From: Eledone cirrhosa
Lineage: Eukaryota
Direction of reading: 5' to 3'
DNA: 64,000 nucleotides
Assembly (NCBI GenBank): GCA_964016885.1
Contig: OZ024743.1
Coordinates: 289,850,001-289,914,000, forward strand
The notes under the pieces are model-generated. The model had not been told where the DNA came from. It saw nothing but the letters and a program-made list of their open reading frames with translations, and ran no database searches. The translations under genes were made by a program, and so were the position numbers. This document shows, in pieces, positions 43,717-58,297 of the stretch; position 1 is the first letter of the stretch, and the number at the start of each line of letters is the position of its first letter.

Positions 43717-46700
43717 ACGTACATGCTTGATTACTATTAAGGGCAGTGGCTTGGAAGAATCGGTAGAGCATAGGACAACCTGCTATTCAGTATTTAGTTA
43801 TGGCCCTTTACAATCTGAGTTCAAATACCACCGAGATTAGCTTTGTCTTTCATCTTTATAAGGTCGATAAAATAAACTTGAGCTTATAAAGTCGATTTAA
43901 TCGACTTTATAAGCTAAAGTTTCATTGCGCTAAACCTCTTTGATATTTTCAGATTCGATAAAATAAAGTGGCAGTCAATACCGGGATCGATTTAGAAGTT
44001 TATAATACCTAAGATCAAATTTTTGAGCTTGTGCATATATTATAAACCTTTATTACTATTATAGTTCGGGAGGTATTAGAGACGTAGATGGCATTATAAG
44101 TATTTCGATGCATTAGTTTTGACCCTTTATGTTAGGATTTCACGTCCTTCTCGAATGAATATTACATTTGATAATTCCAGATAAAATCCAGAGCTGACAA
44201 ATTAATAATTTTGATTAATTCACCCACACCCACCATCACGTTATGTTAACTTGTGATGACAATATCAGAAATACTTCTTTTTTGTGCCCGTCGGGTGGTA
44301 GAAACCGAAGATCATAAAACAAAATTCGTTACGTAAGTTAGTTTTGTCTCACTTTATTGACCAGAAACTGTATGCAGCAAACCGGCATATTTAAAATATG
44401 TAGAGACCAGATATTTATGGAGTAGATATAGTGAAAAAAGGTTTCGTTAAAAAAACACTGTCTCCGTGATTTGTGGAAATAATGAGCTTTCTTTGCTCTG
44501 AAGTTTTCGAGAGTGAACCAATTACAGTACTTATTTTCGTACAACACCAGTCTTATTTAAACTCTCAACAGTAGTATACATTTATCTCATTGAATACTAT
44601 GAAAGAATTAACATATGTTTAATTGGCTATATCCGATTTTAAATTAAAACATTTTTAAATAGATTATTTGTTAAGCATTAGCTAGAAATGCGAAATCCCA
44701 ACGATTGTTTAATATAAAATTACTACTAACGTTTCAGTAAACTACGAACAACAAATCCTTCAATATCCATTATATAAAATATAAGGATAAAGTGAAAACA
44801 GATATCATTTGTTATAATTTTGTAGGGGGTTTCCTTTTATATCTAAATTCAGCAATATCAACGAAAATATGTGATTAGAAAATATGACTGAGACTGATTA
44901 TATCACACATTTGAATAGAAATCTACACATTGCTGCACTTTATCACATTAATCGTATCGGCAGTTAAAGGGCAGCAGGTGTGTAAGTAAATTAACAGATA
45001 TTATTCCCAGAAATATCGCATACCTATAAAACCCTGTCTTTAAGTGATGAAGTAGTACAAACATATATTTCGTTTCATTGACGAAGGATCTGAAATACTT
45101 GTAGAGAAGGGGTATTCATGTGTAATAGGAGCACTGATAGGTATCACCTTTAAATGATTGCATTACAAATTCAAACAGGGTGATATCTGTGATATATGAG
45201 CACATGACATATATAGATATTGTGAAACTTTCCTAACAATTTCTGCTGGATGGTCTGCTGTTTAACCATTAAAATAGTAGATAATCGGACAAGCTCCTTT
45301 ACATGATTTATAAAGGTATCTAATTTAATTGCTCAAGTTTCATCGTTTTGTCTATGTGTGAGTTAATAACTTCTACATTAGACAGCAATATGTGTATTTG
45401 GTCGAAATATATGGCCAATGATGTTTCTGACCAGTAAGTAACTTGTACTTATCTCATTCACCTCGGAAAAAAAATGCGATGTCAATCACTGAGAAATGGA
45501 ACAGGAATTGATATAAGAAACTGATACATCACACTAATGAACCTAGCATTGCAGCTACATATTAACACATATGAGAATTATATCACATGTGAAAATGAAC
45601 GTGTCATTTCTCAGGTTTAATCTTCCGGCTGTATCATCATTAGTGCAGTTTAGCACTGCTTCTAATTTTCCACACTTTCATGAAGAAAAAGCTGGAAAGA
45701 ACTGAGTTAAATAAAATAATCGTAGGCACAGTCTCCCTATCATAAGATTGTGATGAGATTTCTGAAATCCCCAACGTGCAACATACCAATATATATATAA
45801 CACCTCCTTATAAAGACATATATTATGGCGGGTCTTAAATCACTATTCACGTGATGAAAGGACAAAAAAAACAACTAAAGAAAATCTTACTCTGTCGCAA
45901 TGAGTATGGTATAAAAAGCATATCATTGCAGGGTATATTTTACATCTCTGCTTCAGGATTCAACTTTTATTGGGGTTAAGTTTAATGATCATCTCACAAT
46001 AATTCGATAGATGATGTAGCAGGCTTGTACTGAGATCATGTCAATACACTACGTGCCGTCGTTAGAAAAGCATCACGAAAATGCTATCTGTCAATAAGTA
46101 ATTACTTATTGTGCTACATTCTTGCAGTAATGAGCAACTAAATGACTTACAGACACGTATTCGAGTACAATTTCATTTCTATAGAAATAATATAATGATG
46201 TTAACAGAACATGTACCAAGGTTGATAGCTTACGCTTCAGCTTGCTTAAGACAGTATGTTGTAAAACAGAATTAGGTATTTCCGCATAAAACATTCAAAT
46301 GTATCATTTTTGTCATAACAACCGCTTCACAATACTTAAAATATTCACAATTGGTGAATATCCCCAAATCCCATTGATTCTAGAAACATGTGGAATATAA
46401 CAAGCAAATAAGTTTTCATTGCAAGGGTCACGCACTACTTTACAACATTCTACAGGAAACTCAAAATAATACTCGGAATATAAAGTACGGTTTCCTGGTT
46501 AAGATGTCCAATATATGTGTTTCAGCTTGAATCTCAATACAAGGCACATGAAGAAGCTGTCTCGTGATATAGCCTCATGTCAACCAAAACCTTGTGGGGT
46601 TCATTTGATACGCCGATAGAGGTAATCCCAACAAGAAGGATCGTCTTTGGTTTGGAGGAATAGACGCTCAGATACCTTTACCAGAGATCACTATAAGGGA

Positions 46701-47694
46701 AGCATTCAAACTAGGTCTTTCGTATAAGGGTACCCTCATATTTCCTCCTCATTGGGCTTCGAGGACGCGAACGATATCTTCCCAACGCTTTTATACATAT
46801 GGTATCATTGCCGAAGTTATGTTTCTTCCTATAGTGTAATATATAGTTATGTCTAAAATCATGTAGGCTATTAAATATAGCTAGGCATCCTAACTACCAA
46901 GACCAAGTAAATTTAATTTATGTAAACAAATTCCGAACTGAAACGCATTGAAATAAGAACGCTCAAATAATATGATAAGTTAGTAATATTAATATTTCAG
47001 TTACATAGTTTTATGCCAAACAGAATAATAGGGTTAAACCAGTGTGGATATAAGAATAACTTTCAGATGAGATTTTATATTTTTTCACTCGCTTCTCACA
47101 TGATCAAATTGCGTGTGGTATATAAGTTCTGAACTGAACTTTAAACATCTAACCTTAATAGAAACCTCAAATACAGTTCTTTGAATCACGATCTGCCTAT
47201 TACATTCTGTATAAAGTATTTCCATCCCGCTGCGACCCCGTTAGAATAAATCATGCACAGGTGTGTCCACTTGAATAGGCAACGAATCTAAAATTTCGAA
47301 AGCATGGCCAATCATCAAAGACCACGCGTTATAAAAATTAATTCCATATTGCTCCCCAGACCAGTTTCATTTATTAACTTCGTTTCAGTAGCTAAGTCAA
47401 TTTCTAAATGTAAATCTAATTCAAACAACTCGCCCCAAATCATCGTATAGCACGCAGTTTATTTCGCCAGCGGTTATTCAACATTAAATTCGTTTGATTC
47501 AAAAGAATGAAAAGATGGTTTAATATCAGAGAGAGTCAGTGTCATTACCGGAAATCATACAAAAAGGAAGGAAACTAATGCTCTTCCTGTTAACGGACTA
47601 AGCTTTTCATTTTTCACCAAACTAGAATATCCGGTATCATGAAAATATTAAAAATACGCCAAGAGTTATAGTATTTCCTCTGAAAAAGAATATT

Positions 47695-47794
47695 ATGATG
47701 TGTTTGTTGTTGTTGCTGCTGTTGTTGTTGTTGTTATTATTATTATTGTTATTATTATTATTATTATTTTTTATTATTATTATTATTATTATTA

Positions 47795-47842
<48 letters not shown>
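47695..47842. repeat. (TTG)n/(TTA)n microsatellite
   Basis: Read directly. Confidence 0.95.
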
Positions 47843-47844
<2 letters not shown>

Positions 47845-48350
47845 CTTTTGTTTAAATGTGCCCCCATATATGAATGATATCTGCAATATGCTCACAGCTC
47901 CTATTAATGTTTTAATAATCGACACGACCATTAAATCTGTTGATATTCTGTTGATAGTTTATCAACATACAGTTTCACATCAGTGCTTCCTAAATCTATT
48001 TACCGTGCTATCATGGTTTACGCTTCTCGATGATTTATATTCTCTCCCTCCCCTCTCTCTCTCTTTATTTCTCCCTCTGTATATTCTCATCTCTCCCTCA
48101 GTATCCCTCTTATTGAAACTATGGAATGTTGAACTTGAAATGTGAACTTGAACGCTTAGATAAATCGGCACAAGTCTTAGGCAGAAATAGAGAGACAAAA
48201 AGGAGATATGTAGATACTGTTAACGTATTTAGTATATATATATAAAATACGAAACTCGGTTCACAGAGGAAAGTGCTTTGTTTAGCTAAAGCAGCGATTC
48301 GGTTTCAAGGCGCAGTTAAGGACGCCTTATACATTTTAATTTACGAATTA

Positions 48351-49250
48351 CGAGTTGTGTCAGAAAAATTCCAGGACTGATGTCACAAAAGCTTTATTTC
48401 AAACCTAGACTTCACTCTAAGAGTTTTCTCCTTCAAATATTCCCCCTGGAGTCGAGTCTAATGCACTTTTCCATCCTTTTCAGTCACGTTTGCATACACT
48501 CCTGGAAGGATTCCTCCGGGTTCCTCCGCAGTTCCGTCGTCACAGCATTTTTGATGTCGTCCACGTCTTCAAAACAGGTCCCCTCCGGGTCGTACTCGAA
48601 CATCCATGACGCATCACCGGTGATGACTGTCCCTAGCAAGTCTGGTTCGGTTTCAAGACGCTCGAGTATGTCCTGGCACACTTGCATACATCGACCCTTC
48701 TGGTCATCGTTCAGCATCGTTTTGGCACCATCTTTGCGCAGACTTTCCGCATGTCCAATTTTCAGTGAGAATCTTCCAGACGCTGTCCCGATTCATGCCC
48801 AGCTCATTTACCATCAGTGGAACAGTCAGCCGATGATCGCTACGCACCGTCTGCCTAACGCGCTCAACGTTGACCTCAGTCCTGGTTTTTGAGGGCCTTC
48901 CACTCCTGGGGTCATCTTCCCCGTCCTCGCGGCCTTCTTTAAACCTCTTGCTTTCCTCAAAAACATGTGAGCGTGACAAAATCTCATCTCCATACATTTG
49001 CTGCAGCAATCCCAGTGCTTCTGACGGAGTTTTCAAGTTTGTTCGTTGCTCTGTGCTCATTGCTTGACGACCTGAAATAGAGGACATGTATATAAAATTA
49101 TGAAGAAAAACGTTTGATCGCTGCAGAGAGCTAAGATTACAGTTACATACTCCAGGGGGATTACTTTGAAGAAGAAAACTCTTAGTGTGAAGTTGGGTTT
49201 GAAATAAGTATTTTGTGACATCAGTCCTGGAACTTTTCTGACACACCTCG
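48351..49250 (-). mobile_element. Internally deleted mariner transposon, 900 bp, TA target-site duplication, about 100-bp inverted termini
   Basis: ta-cgagttgtgtcagaaaaattccaggactg ... cagtcctggaacttttctgacacacctcg-ta; transposase remnants KRFKEGRED.EDDPRSGRP and VITGDASWMFEYDPE fused directly to FEDVDDIKNAV. Confidence 0.93.
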
Positions 49251-52200
49251 TATGTTTTCTTCAAAGATATTATAATCATAACTTTCTTTTACCCAAAACT
49301 AATATTGTATATTATTTGTGCAAAGTCAAAAACAAGTAAACAAACGGTATTGAAGCAAAATATCCTGTCAGCGGATACAGATCTTTTTAATAATATGTTT
49401 ATGGCGATGCTAATTTGTATATAGTGGCGGATTGACTGGTATGAACTAGCAGTATTATTAAAGTACCAGTAATACACTGGGATAATAGCTGGCCTTGTGC
49501 CAAAAGTCGAAACAATTATTAACATTGCGTGATTCAGAATAGAAGTGAATATGAATGAATATGGAATTTGTTTATGGCTTAATCTGAACTCTTGCAATGC
49601 AGTGAAATCCATTAAAATTCCAGGTGGTGGGGTTAGACCGGGTTACTGATTACGTCAACTACCCATGAAGGTGACAGCGACACTTGAATGCAGAGCTCAA
49701 ATTGTCGAAACCAATTCTGCAAAGCAACTGCTCTAAGACCCTTATAATTCATCTAGTCCAACTATGAGAATTGTTAATTTATTGTTCCAAAAAAATATAA
49801 TGCATATTTGATCTCACGCACGTACTAAGGATTTAGCTCTTATCTTTCGTTTGCAATTTCCTCTATGTTTTAAATACAATGTTCTGTCTACGAAGTAAGA
49901 TCTTAAAGAAACGTAACAAATTATCGATTTCTTATATGAGACTACTTAATTTACCGGAAGGAACAAGTCAAATTAAAAACCTTGGTAATGATCTCACTAG
50001 TGGATGAAAAAATTCGAATCTCACCAAGATGTGAAACCAGAACATCTAAAATCATAATATTAATCGTGCATGTATTAATACAAGAAGAGAACATTTTGAA
50101 CATTAATTTTAACTACATAAACGCACTAAACTTACTTTTATATTAATTTTGGAATAAGTGTATCTTTATGGTTTAATTTTATTTGTATTTCTTTGTGTAA
50201 TTGAATGATGATACGCTCTACAATTGTCATTAATCTTCATCCGTTACTTATTTAGTACCCTGCTTTAGTTGACAATATTTATTATGTAATTCAAATCCTA
50301 CCGTAGTTTATAAGTACAAAAGCTAGGTTCTAATTAGTTTGTAATATTTTAGTTGATTTCATTTGGCAATCCTTATATTTCGTCAACATCTTTCTTGTAG
50401 CTAGTGGAAATTAAATTACTTGAAAAATGTTAACACTTTTATTATAATCGAAGCCCACAGACGGGTTTGAAAGCACAACACTTTTATTGGTATCACAAAT
50501 TTCGAGGTCACATTTTATTGATTAGTAACAAACGTACTTTTGATGTATAAGACGCAGGCATTTGTCTCAGAATTTGACTTGAGAATCTGCTTGTATTCTA
50601 TACACCAAAGGTATGAATAATAGTGGTTTCGGATTTGGATACAAATCCAGTTAATAGAGGTGAGGAAGACGTCGATTATATTGGTCTCAGTACATAACTC
50701 GTACTTTGTTTTATTGACCCAAGAATGTTGAAAGCAGGCAGAACAAGTATCGCAATCATTTTCTCTAACACTCTAATGATTCATCAAACAACAAAACAAT
50801 AACAATATATTATGTAGGTATACTTTGCGTAAGCACTGTATAATTATAACTATATATTTCAATATGCATATATGGTGTAATTTATTTTGATGGTTTTGAT
50901 TTCTTTTTTTAAACCAAATTGTCCTGTATGGGCGCGTATTGTCATCCGAAGAATGCATCCCTGTGCATTTCATGAATGTTTTCTCTTAAATGTTGACGTA
51001 TTAATGATAAATAATATGAATTCAATGTAGCGTAGGCTACAGAGAGTGTATTGAATAGGTGTATTGCAAATATTCATGATAAAGCTTAAGGATTATCGAA
51101 GTTTTCTTGGCGCCAGTTCATCGCAGGCTTAAAATCCAGCTTCTGAAATACACCTTTTCTTTTAGTCACAAAGTGAGTGGACTGGATACTGTGAACAGAA
51201 GTACCGGGCTCAAGAACGCAAAATATCACCTACTACAGGAATAGAACTCAGACCATACGATCGTGAATCCAAGACCAGGTCACTAAGCCGAATGTGATCT
51301 GGAAAATGATGGATACAAGCTGTGTGTGTATACGATAGATGACTGACCAATAAAATACCAAAAAAAATCTCTCTAACATGCAAAAGGAAGGGACATCAGC
51401 GTAACTGAGAGTAAAGCATGATTGTACTGAATCTTATAATGAACTGACAGGGCTATTTAATTTTATAGAATTAATATATTTATAAGATTAACAACAGTAA
51501 TAATTATTCATGGCTGATGTATGGAAACAGCAAAAACCAAATAGTGCACAAGAAAAGAGCCTTCAGCAAATATTTAGGGAAGGAGTTCGAGTTCATGAAG
51601 TGCTGTGTACTAGTTTTGCGAAGATGTAAATTCGTATTCTTTGATTGAATATTCTTACCCAAGGCATAGCGAAAACAAATAATTTCAAGGAATAGGAAAC
51701 GAGCATTTGAAAAGTAATGTGCCAGAATATTGAAATTTGCTCCAAATGAATCAAGTGAAAAAAAAAGTAAAATATTGTTGACACATTCAACTTTAACGTA
51801 TATAACTGGAGTTAGAAAATGGAGCAAAATAATTTAGTAAAATAGTTCGTAAAAACAAACGAAAAGAAAACAAGACAATACCGAAGTTTGGTAAACTGCA
51901 ATCCAAAGGTGCACAGATTGTATGAAATTTGAGATAAATAAACTTGGGTTGTACGTACAGAAACACATTAAACCATAGCTGAGAGCACTTTACAGATTGA
52001 AAGTTTCATTGAACATGAGTATAATAACCAAGGAAGGTAAAACCAAGAAAAATAGATGTGAAAATTGATGTATAGTCAATAAGATGTATGGGGTAGTAGG
52101 GTCCGAATGAGAACCATGCAATGCTCTCTGTATTGGTTCTGATCAGACCCTACTATAACTTCATATACTCGAGAGACTACAATATATTCTTTTGTTTCCG

Positions 52201-54607
52201 ATGCCATCTAATTTTTCTTTGACGTAAACTTTGGTGGGTTGGAAAGGGTCATATGATCGTTCTAATGGTGCAGCCTCAATCCAGTCCCCACCTTACCACC
52301 TTTGCTATTCTCAGCCACTGAGTGCAGGGTTAACACCTATTTCTGTACATATACGCCTACGCAAAGTTTCATGGCAATCATTGGTACTTGCCAATATACC
52401 TATAGTATTTCCCCTCTATTGTGTCAACTCGTGTTAGTGCAGTTATATAAAACCAGTAGCCCCACAATCTGGAGAATGCTCTAAACTGTATTCATCTGAG
52501 CTTGAATGTTCCAGGGAAGAAATCATCGGCCGTAATCTGGAATTAAATTCCCTATCCCTGTTAGTAATTGACACAAAATACATCTTACTTGACTCTTTAA
52601 AATCATTCCGCTATCTTTGACCTGACCTCTCTTGCAACGTGGAACTTTAGTTCTTTTCACCTTTCTTTAAAAAGGGCCATACTACCCGATTTCTCTGCTT
52701 TGAAAGGCATCTTCCAGTCAGCGTAGAATTTCCGGTATCGATGTTTACCACTATACATGTTGCCCGTTTGACGCTAGCTGGTACTTTCTGCACGAAAGTC
52801 ACCACATCTTCTCTTCTGGAACAGCTCATCATCATAATCATAATGATGCTTCAATGAACTCACTTCCGCGTTGTCACCTGTGCTCTCTCTTTTCTGCTTT
52901 TTTTCTCATCTCTCACCAGTTGTTAAAGACGTGATTACATTTCGAAGTAGCTATAATATATAATCATTTTTAAATAAGTGATTCTTCCTCAAACCTGTTC
53001 TATATGATACCAAGTCATTTGTCAATTATGTATGTGTTTGTGTATGTAATCGCAATCCCTGGTGGAGTCATAGCGGCACCGTAGATATATACAGCGTTTC
53101 CTGAGCATTTTCAAACTTGGCAAGGTCAATCACCTCTCCAGATCTGAACTCAGCCGATTTTCCCAGGGAAAGACGTAAGTGATAGATAGGAAGTGAGAAA
53201 GATATATACAGGTTGAATCAACACTAGTACTGGATTGATTCTTCTTTTTATCAACCTTGAACGTATGAAAGGCAATGTTGACCTCGGGGTGATTTGAATT
53301 ACGGATCAAAGAGCCGTAGCAAATAAGGTGATGCATTTTATCCGACGTTTTGAGGATTCTCATTAGTTATAAAATGTACAAATATCCAACTGTGTTGGCA
53401 TTTCCTTTTCATCGTATTTATTTATACATAGGTGAGCCAGTGCTTTCTTAGTTTAGTTCTTTAAACCACTCTTGGCCCTTCATCGTGTGTGACGTTTTCA
53501 ACTCTCAGTAATTCAATATTTCGAGCAGTGGCAATAAAAAAAGCAAAATCAAGAACTTGTGTTTGTAGTATCAACCAATTGCACTAGAGATATGCGGCTA
53601 GTGTATTGAATCATGTTGATACACACCACTACTTGCCCTCGGGAAATCGAATGATTATATGTAATAGTTAGTAACTAGCTTAATTTGCACTCAAATAATA
53701 CAAGGCTATTTTTTTCAAGTCAAATTTTGTATTCATTTATTCTAACATCATTCCGAACTACACCATATTGGCTTAATACTGTGGCTGGTAATTGTATTGG
53801 ACATCAATGAATCGAGAACATGTCATTATTTTGTAGTTGCATTTTCGATCTAATATGTCGCACTATAATTTCCTTTCTTCTTTCAACAAATAGGTTCAGT
53901 TCACGATAGAATTTAGACTGATATATTGTCAGGCGTTTTTTCTACCAATGTCCCCTTCACCAAATCAATAAGAAGACAGTGAAATATAAATTCTATACTG
54001 TTTGAAATCCTGCAGCAGTCTTCACTACTACTTCGAATACCAAAAAGAATTATGTATAAAATACAAACATAATCACTGATACAACATGTCTCAATTTAAC
54101 AGTGTAGAATAGCGTTCAATTTTACCAGTAGGCTTCATTATATCTACAAAGTTGAGGTAGATACCTGTTCGTATATAAATTGCACTTTCATCGTATTGCA
54201 GGCAGTAATATAAAATGTTTCTATAAATTTTCAAAGCTATATATTAATATCTTACAACTCGGCATCTTCACAAGATCATCTATTTCGTAGGTATGTTCTG
54301 GATCATATTCTGTTTTATATCTGTATTACAGGTACTGTTTAATAAAAGATGAGTTTCTTCAATCAGAGTTTGCGTATGATGATTAATTGATGATTCCTTA
54401 TTTATAACCAAAATATATGTAATGAATCCGACTAATCAATAAAATATTGACCAGGCATGAATTTAGTGAAATAGAAAATAAATATGTTTGTGAACTATGT
54501 TGTGTGATATTCAAAAAGAAAAAAAATTAGGATAGACATTTTATTCTGAGTTATAGGAATGGTCAAAACAAGCCTGTAAAATACTTTCTCTAAGTTGTTC
54601 GTTTAAT

Positions 54608-54897
54608 AATTGTTTCTACTTTTGGCACAAGGCCAGCAATTATTCCAGTGCATTACTGGTTCTTTATTTTATAGACCCCGTAAGGATGAAAGGCAAAGTT
54701 AACGTCGCTAGGATATGAACTCAGAGCGTAAAGGGACGTAACTCTATGCTGCAAAGCATGTCGTCCGACCCTCTACCGATACTACCAATCCACTTAATAA
54801 TTGTTTCTACTTTTGGCACAAGGCCAGCAATTACTCCAGTGCATTACTGGTGCTTTATTTTATCGATCCTATAAGGATGAAAGGCAAAGTTACCCTC
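54608..54897 (-). mobile_element. Two head-to-tail copies of the tRNA-SINE (54608-54795 near full length, 54801-54897 partial)
   Basis: Reverse complement of 43533-43716. Confidence 0.85.
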
Positions 54898-55759
54898 ATG
54901 CAGTCTTTTTAGACAAATGTGGATATAGTATGGTTAAGAAGTTCACTTCCCAAGCACAATGTCCAGGTTTGGATACCACAGGTCAGCGTCTTGGCCAAAT
55001 GTCATTTATCGTTGCGATCCAAGTCTTTCGAGAGAAATTTGATGTACGTCAATGGTACACGTGTTGATGAAATGCTCATGTGGCAACATTAAATTGGCAT
55101 GAGCAGACCATTTTGTTGATCGAAACCTGGAAACGGCATCGTTGCAACCGATGGAATTCCATTGTTTTCCATTTCAACTTTTTCAATTACGAAATAAAAT
55201 CTCTAAATCAATTTGTGACACACATGGCTTGCTCTGCCTTTAGCTTGAAATCCTATTAGAGCTCGTTTTAAACTACTGGAAATGATATTTTGATTATTCA
55301 AATCATTATTTGCAGTATCTTGAAATAAAGCTAAATTGTCAAAATATTTTAACGATCATGTCTATGTTTCTAATATTCTAAACCAATGAACCTTCATCTT
55401 TAAGAATAATTGATTCAATATTTAATAAATATCTCCAAATGAATGGTTTAGGTTTTTATATTAATACATTCTATATCCATACGTATTTCTCAAAACAAAA
55501 CTTCAGTTTTTTGAATCCCTATGCATCGGGTTATTTTTCTCTTTCTTTGGCATGCATAGGCAGTCTCATCTTTAGATTTATGGATATAAACTGGTGAATA
55601 TGCACTTAAATATTATTGTTGCCTCATTTGTTAAGAAATAAACAAGTAAATGGATAGGGAACGAAATATAGTTTGACTTATGCCTACTAAGTTCCTCGCT
55701 TAATATTTCCTAGTTTAAATTAAACAATGTTAAAGGAATGAAAGGCAGAGATCGATAAA

Positions 55760-57325
55760 TGATTTTATTATTTTCTCTGATCTCTTTGAGTCTGTGTTGG
55801 ATGTTCATTGTGAGAGAGATGTTAAGCTCTCACCAGGCCACCATCTAGTTATCTGCAACTTGAAACTAAGTAAAGCCAAAAAAAGCCCACAAAACTGGCA
55901 GGTCCAGGGTGACCTACACGATAAAAAGGGAAAACTGAGGACGTTGAAACATAATGGCGATTGTTCGGCACAACAGTTTCTGCTTCAGCTGTTAAATGTT
56001 GCGGACGAAAGAGGCTTGTTGTGGTGCCAGATGGCAGGATGACTCCTTGGTTTAATCAAAAGGTTAAAGTTGCTATTCGAGCAAGGAAGGAGGCATACGA
56101 ATGTTGGTTGGAAATAAATTCTTCAACTTGCGATACAAACAGGTACGAAGAATCGCACAGGAGACAAAAGACGTCCAAAGTTAAGACATTGGAGAACTTA
56201 GGGGTTAAGCTGGAAAATGACTTCAGATAAGCAAATAAAGAGTTCTGGCAAATAAAGAGTCCTCCACAGATGCTATCAGGGACGTGTCTGTGGTCTTCGA
56301 CTTTCCAGACAAGTTGAACCTCGCGAGATGGAGAGAATATTTTGCTGAAGCCGTTCACCTTAGCATCGTTTGATGTACAGGAGGTGAACCTGGTAGGGGG
56401 TGACTAATCTATTGGAAGTTGAGGTCACACAAGCTGTGAAAAAAGCAAAAATGTGACAAGGCTGCTGGGGAAGATGAAATACGGCCCGATATATTAAAAG
56501 CCTTAAATAGAGAAGGTATTATCTGGGTGAATCCTGTCTGCTGGGTAGCCTGGATCTCTAGAAAAGCATCTAAGCAATGGCACTCGGGACTGATAGTCCC
56601 GATTTTCATAGGAGGATAAAAGAGAGATTGTTCTAATTACAGAGGGATCCACTTGTTGAGCCTTACCGGAATTGTCTATGCTAAGTGTCTCCCAACAAAT
56701 TCAAGGAGATTGTCGAGTCCAAGCTAGCTGATGGACAGTGCGGTATTCGCCTCTGACGCAGCCCGGCCGACCAAATATTCTCACTGTGAAAGGTCTTCGA
56801 GAAATTGTGGGATTATTGCCAAGAGGTATATTATTGTTTTATAGGCCTCGAAAAAGCATATGACCGAGATCCTCTGGACGTGTTGTAGTAGGTTTAACAA
56901 GAGTATGGGATCCATGGTCAGCTTCTTACTGCCCTGATATTTCTATACGAATATCCGTGTTCAAATAAATGGTGCCAAATCGAAACAATTTAATGTGGTA
57001 GTCGGACTGAACCACGGGGATGTACTGTCACCACTGAGTTCATTATTTTCATGAGCAAGCTTCACATCTGCAGACGAGATGAAAATGGTATCACGACTGG
57101 CGGGTGTAAAATCAGTCGGCTGGAATTTGCAGACTTCATGGTTTTACTATAACTCGACAGAAGATATTCTCCGACATGTACTTGATCATTTTGATGCCGA
57201 CTGTTGCATGGATTGAATGAATATTAGTGCTGCAAAAAACTGAGGCGCTCTCCTTTAGAAGGATGCATATGCATTGAACACAATATATTAATGTAATTCC
57301 ACTAAAGTAGGTGGAGAAGTTCAAG
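55760..57325 (+). mobile_element. Decayed RTE-clade LINE (end of the APE domain through RT)
   Basis: HHLVICNLKL, TPWFNQKVK.AIRARKEAY, KAAGEDEIRPDILKAL, DKRDCSNYRGIHLLSL.G.VYAKCL, FIGLEKAYDR, RLEFAD; many stops and frameshifts. Confidence 0.88.
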
Positions 57326-58154
57326 CATCTCTAAGCTCTTGTAATTTAAGGACTCGGATTGTGTCCGGATCCAGCTGTTGCCCTTTTCTTAGATGCGGAT
57401 CTGAAACAGTCCAAAACTTAGAATAACGAGTGATCGCAATATTCTTTGCTGACTGATCTGTATGTCTGCAAAACACATGCACGGGATCACTACAGTAACT
57501 TGTCTGCCTCGTGCATTTCAACCTTTTATTTATCCTTGGTTATATTTGGCCGATGAAAGTTGCATCCAGAAAAATCAATTGGCAATATTCCTTTTAGTTC
57601 CCTCTATGGTGACGTCATTGTCTTGGCTACGGTGTCTCAATATATTTTTTGACTGAAGAGGCTCTCATCGTCAACTGATTCCTAACCCATATATCTAGCC
57701 TCTGGATGGTACTTCCGATGTACGAGGAGCTACATGTTTTGCATATGATATTATATACCACATACGTTCCCATGCACACTTCTGCGTTGTTGACGGGACA
57801 ATTAGGAAGTGTACATATATTGGTAAATCCAAGCTATTTAATGATTAAAGAATCCATTTTCATCAGCAAAATAAAACCAAGGAAAAATAACGTCAGAATT
57901 GCACGAGGCAGACCAATCAGAGAAGAATACTTCAATCGCTCATTATCCATTATTTGGGACTGTTTCAGCTTCGCATCTGAAAAGAAAGCAATAACCCTTA
58001 AATATCGTGATAAAATACATTGGTTAAAACGTTAGTTTGTTTCGTTTTATTTTATTTGTCATCGTTTGTCCTTCGTATTTTTCTACCGCATTTTAACTGC
58101 TTTCTTGAAATTAACGGTCTTTTACTGCATATACCACAATGTTTCTTATTATCT

Positions 58155-58215
58155 ACACACACACACACACCCACCCACACACACACGCACACACACACAC
58201 TCACACACACACACT

Positions 58216-58262
<47 letters not shown>

Positions 58263-58297
58263 TTACATATGTATGTACATATATATATATATACATA
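58155..58297. repeat. (CA)n/(TA)n microsatellite
   Basis: Read directly. Confidence 0.92.

Noticed and set aside
47637-48145. Poly-Leu/Ile/Asn ORFs
   Set aside because: (TTA)/(TTG)n microsatellite.
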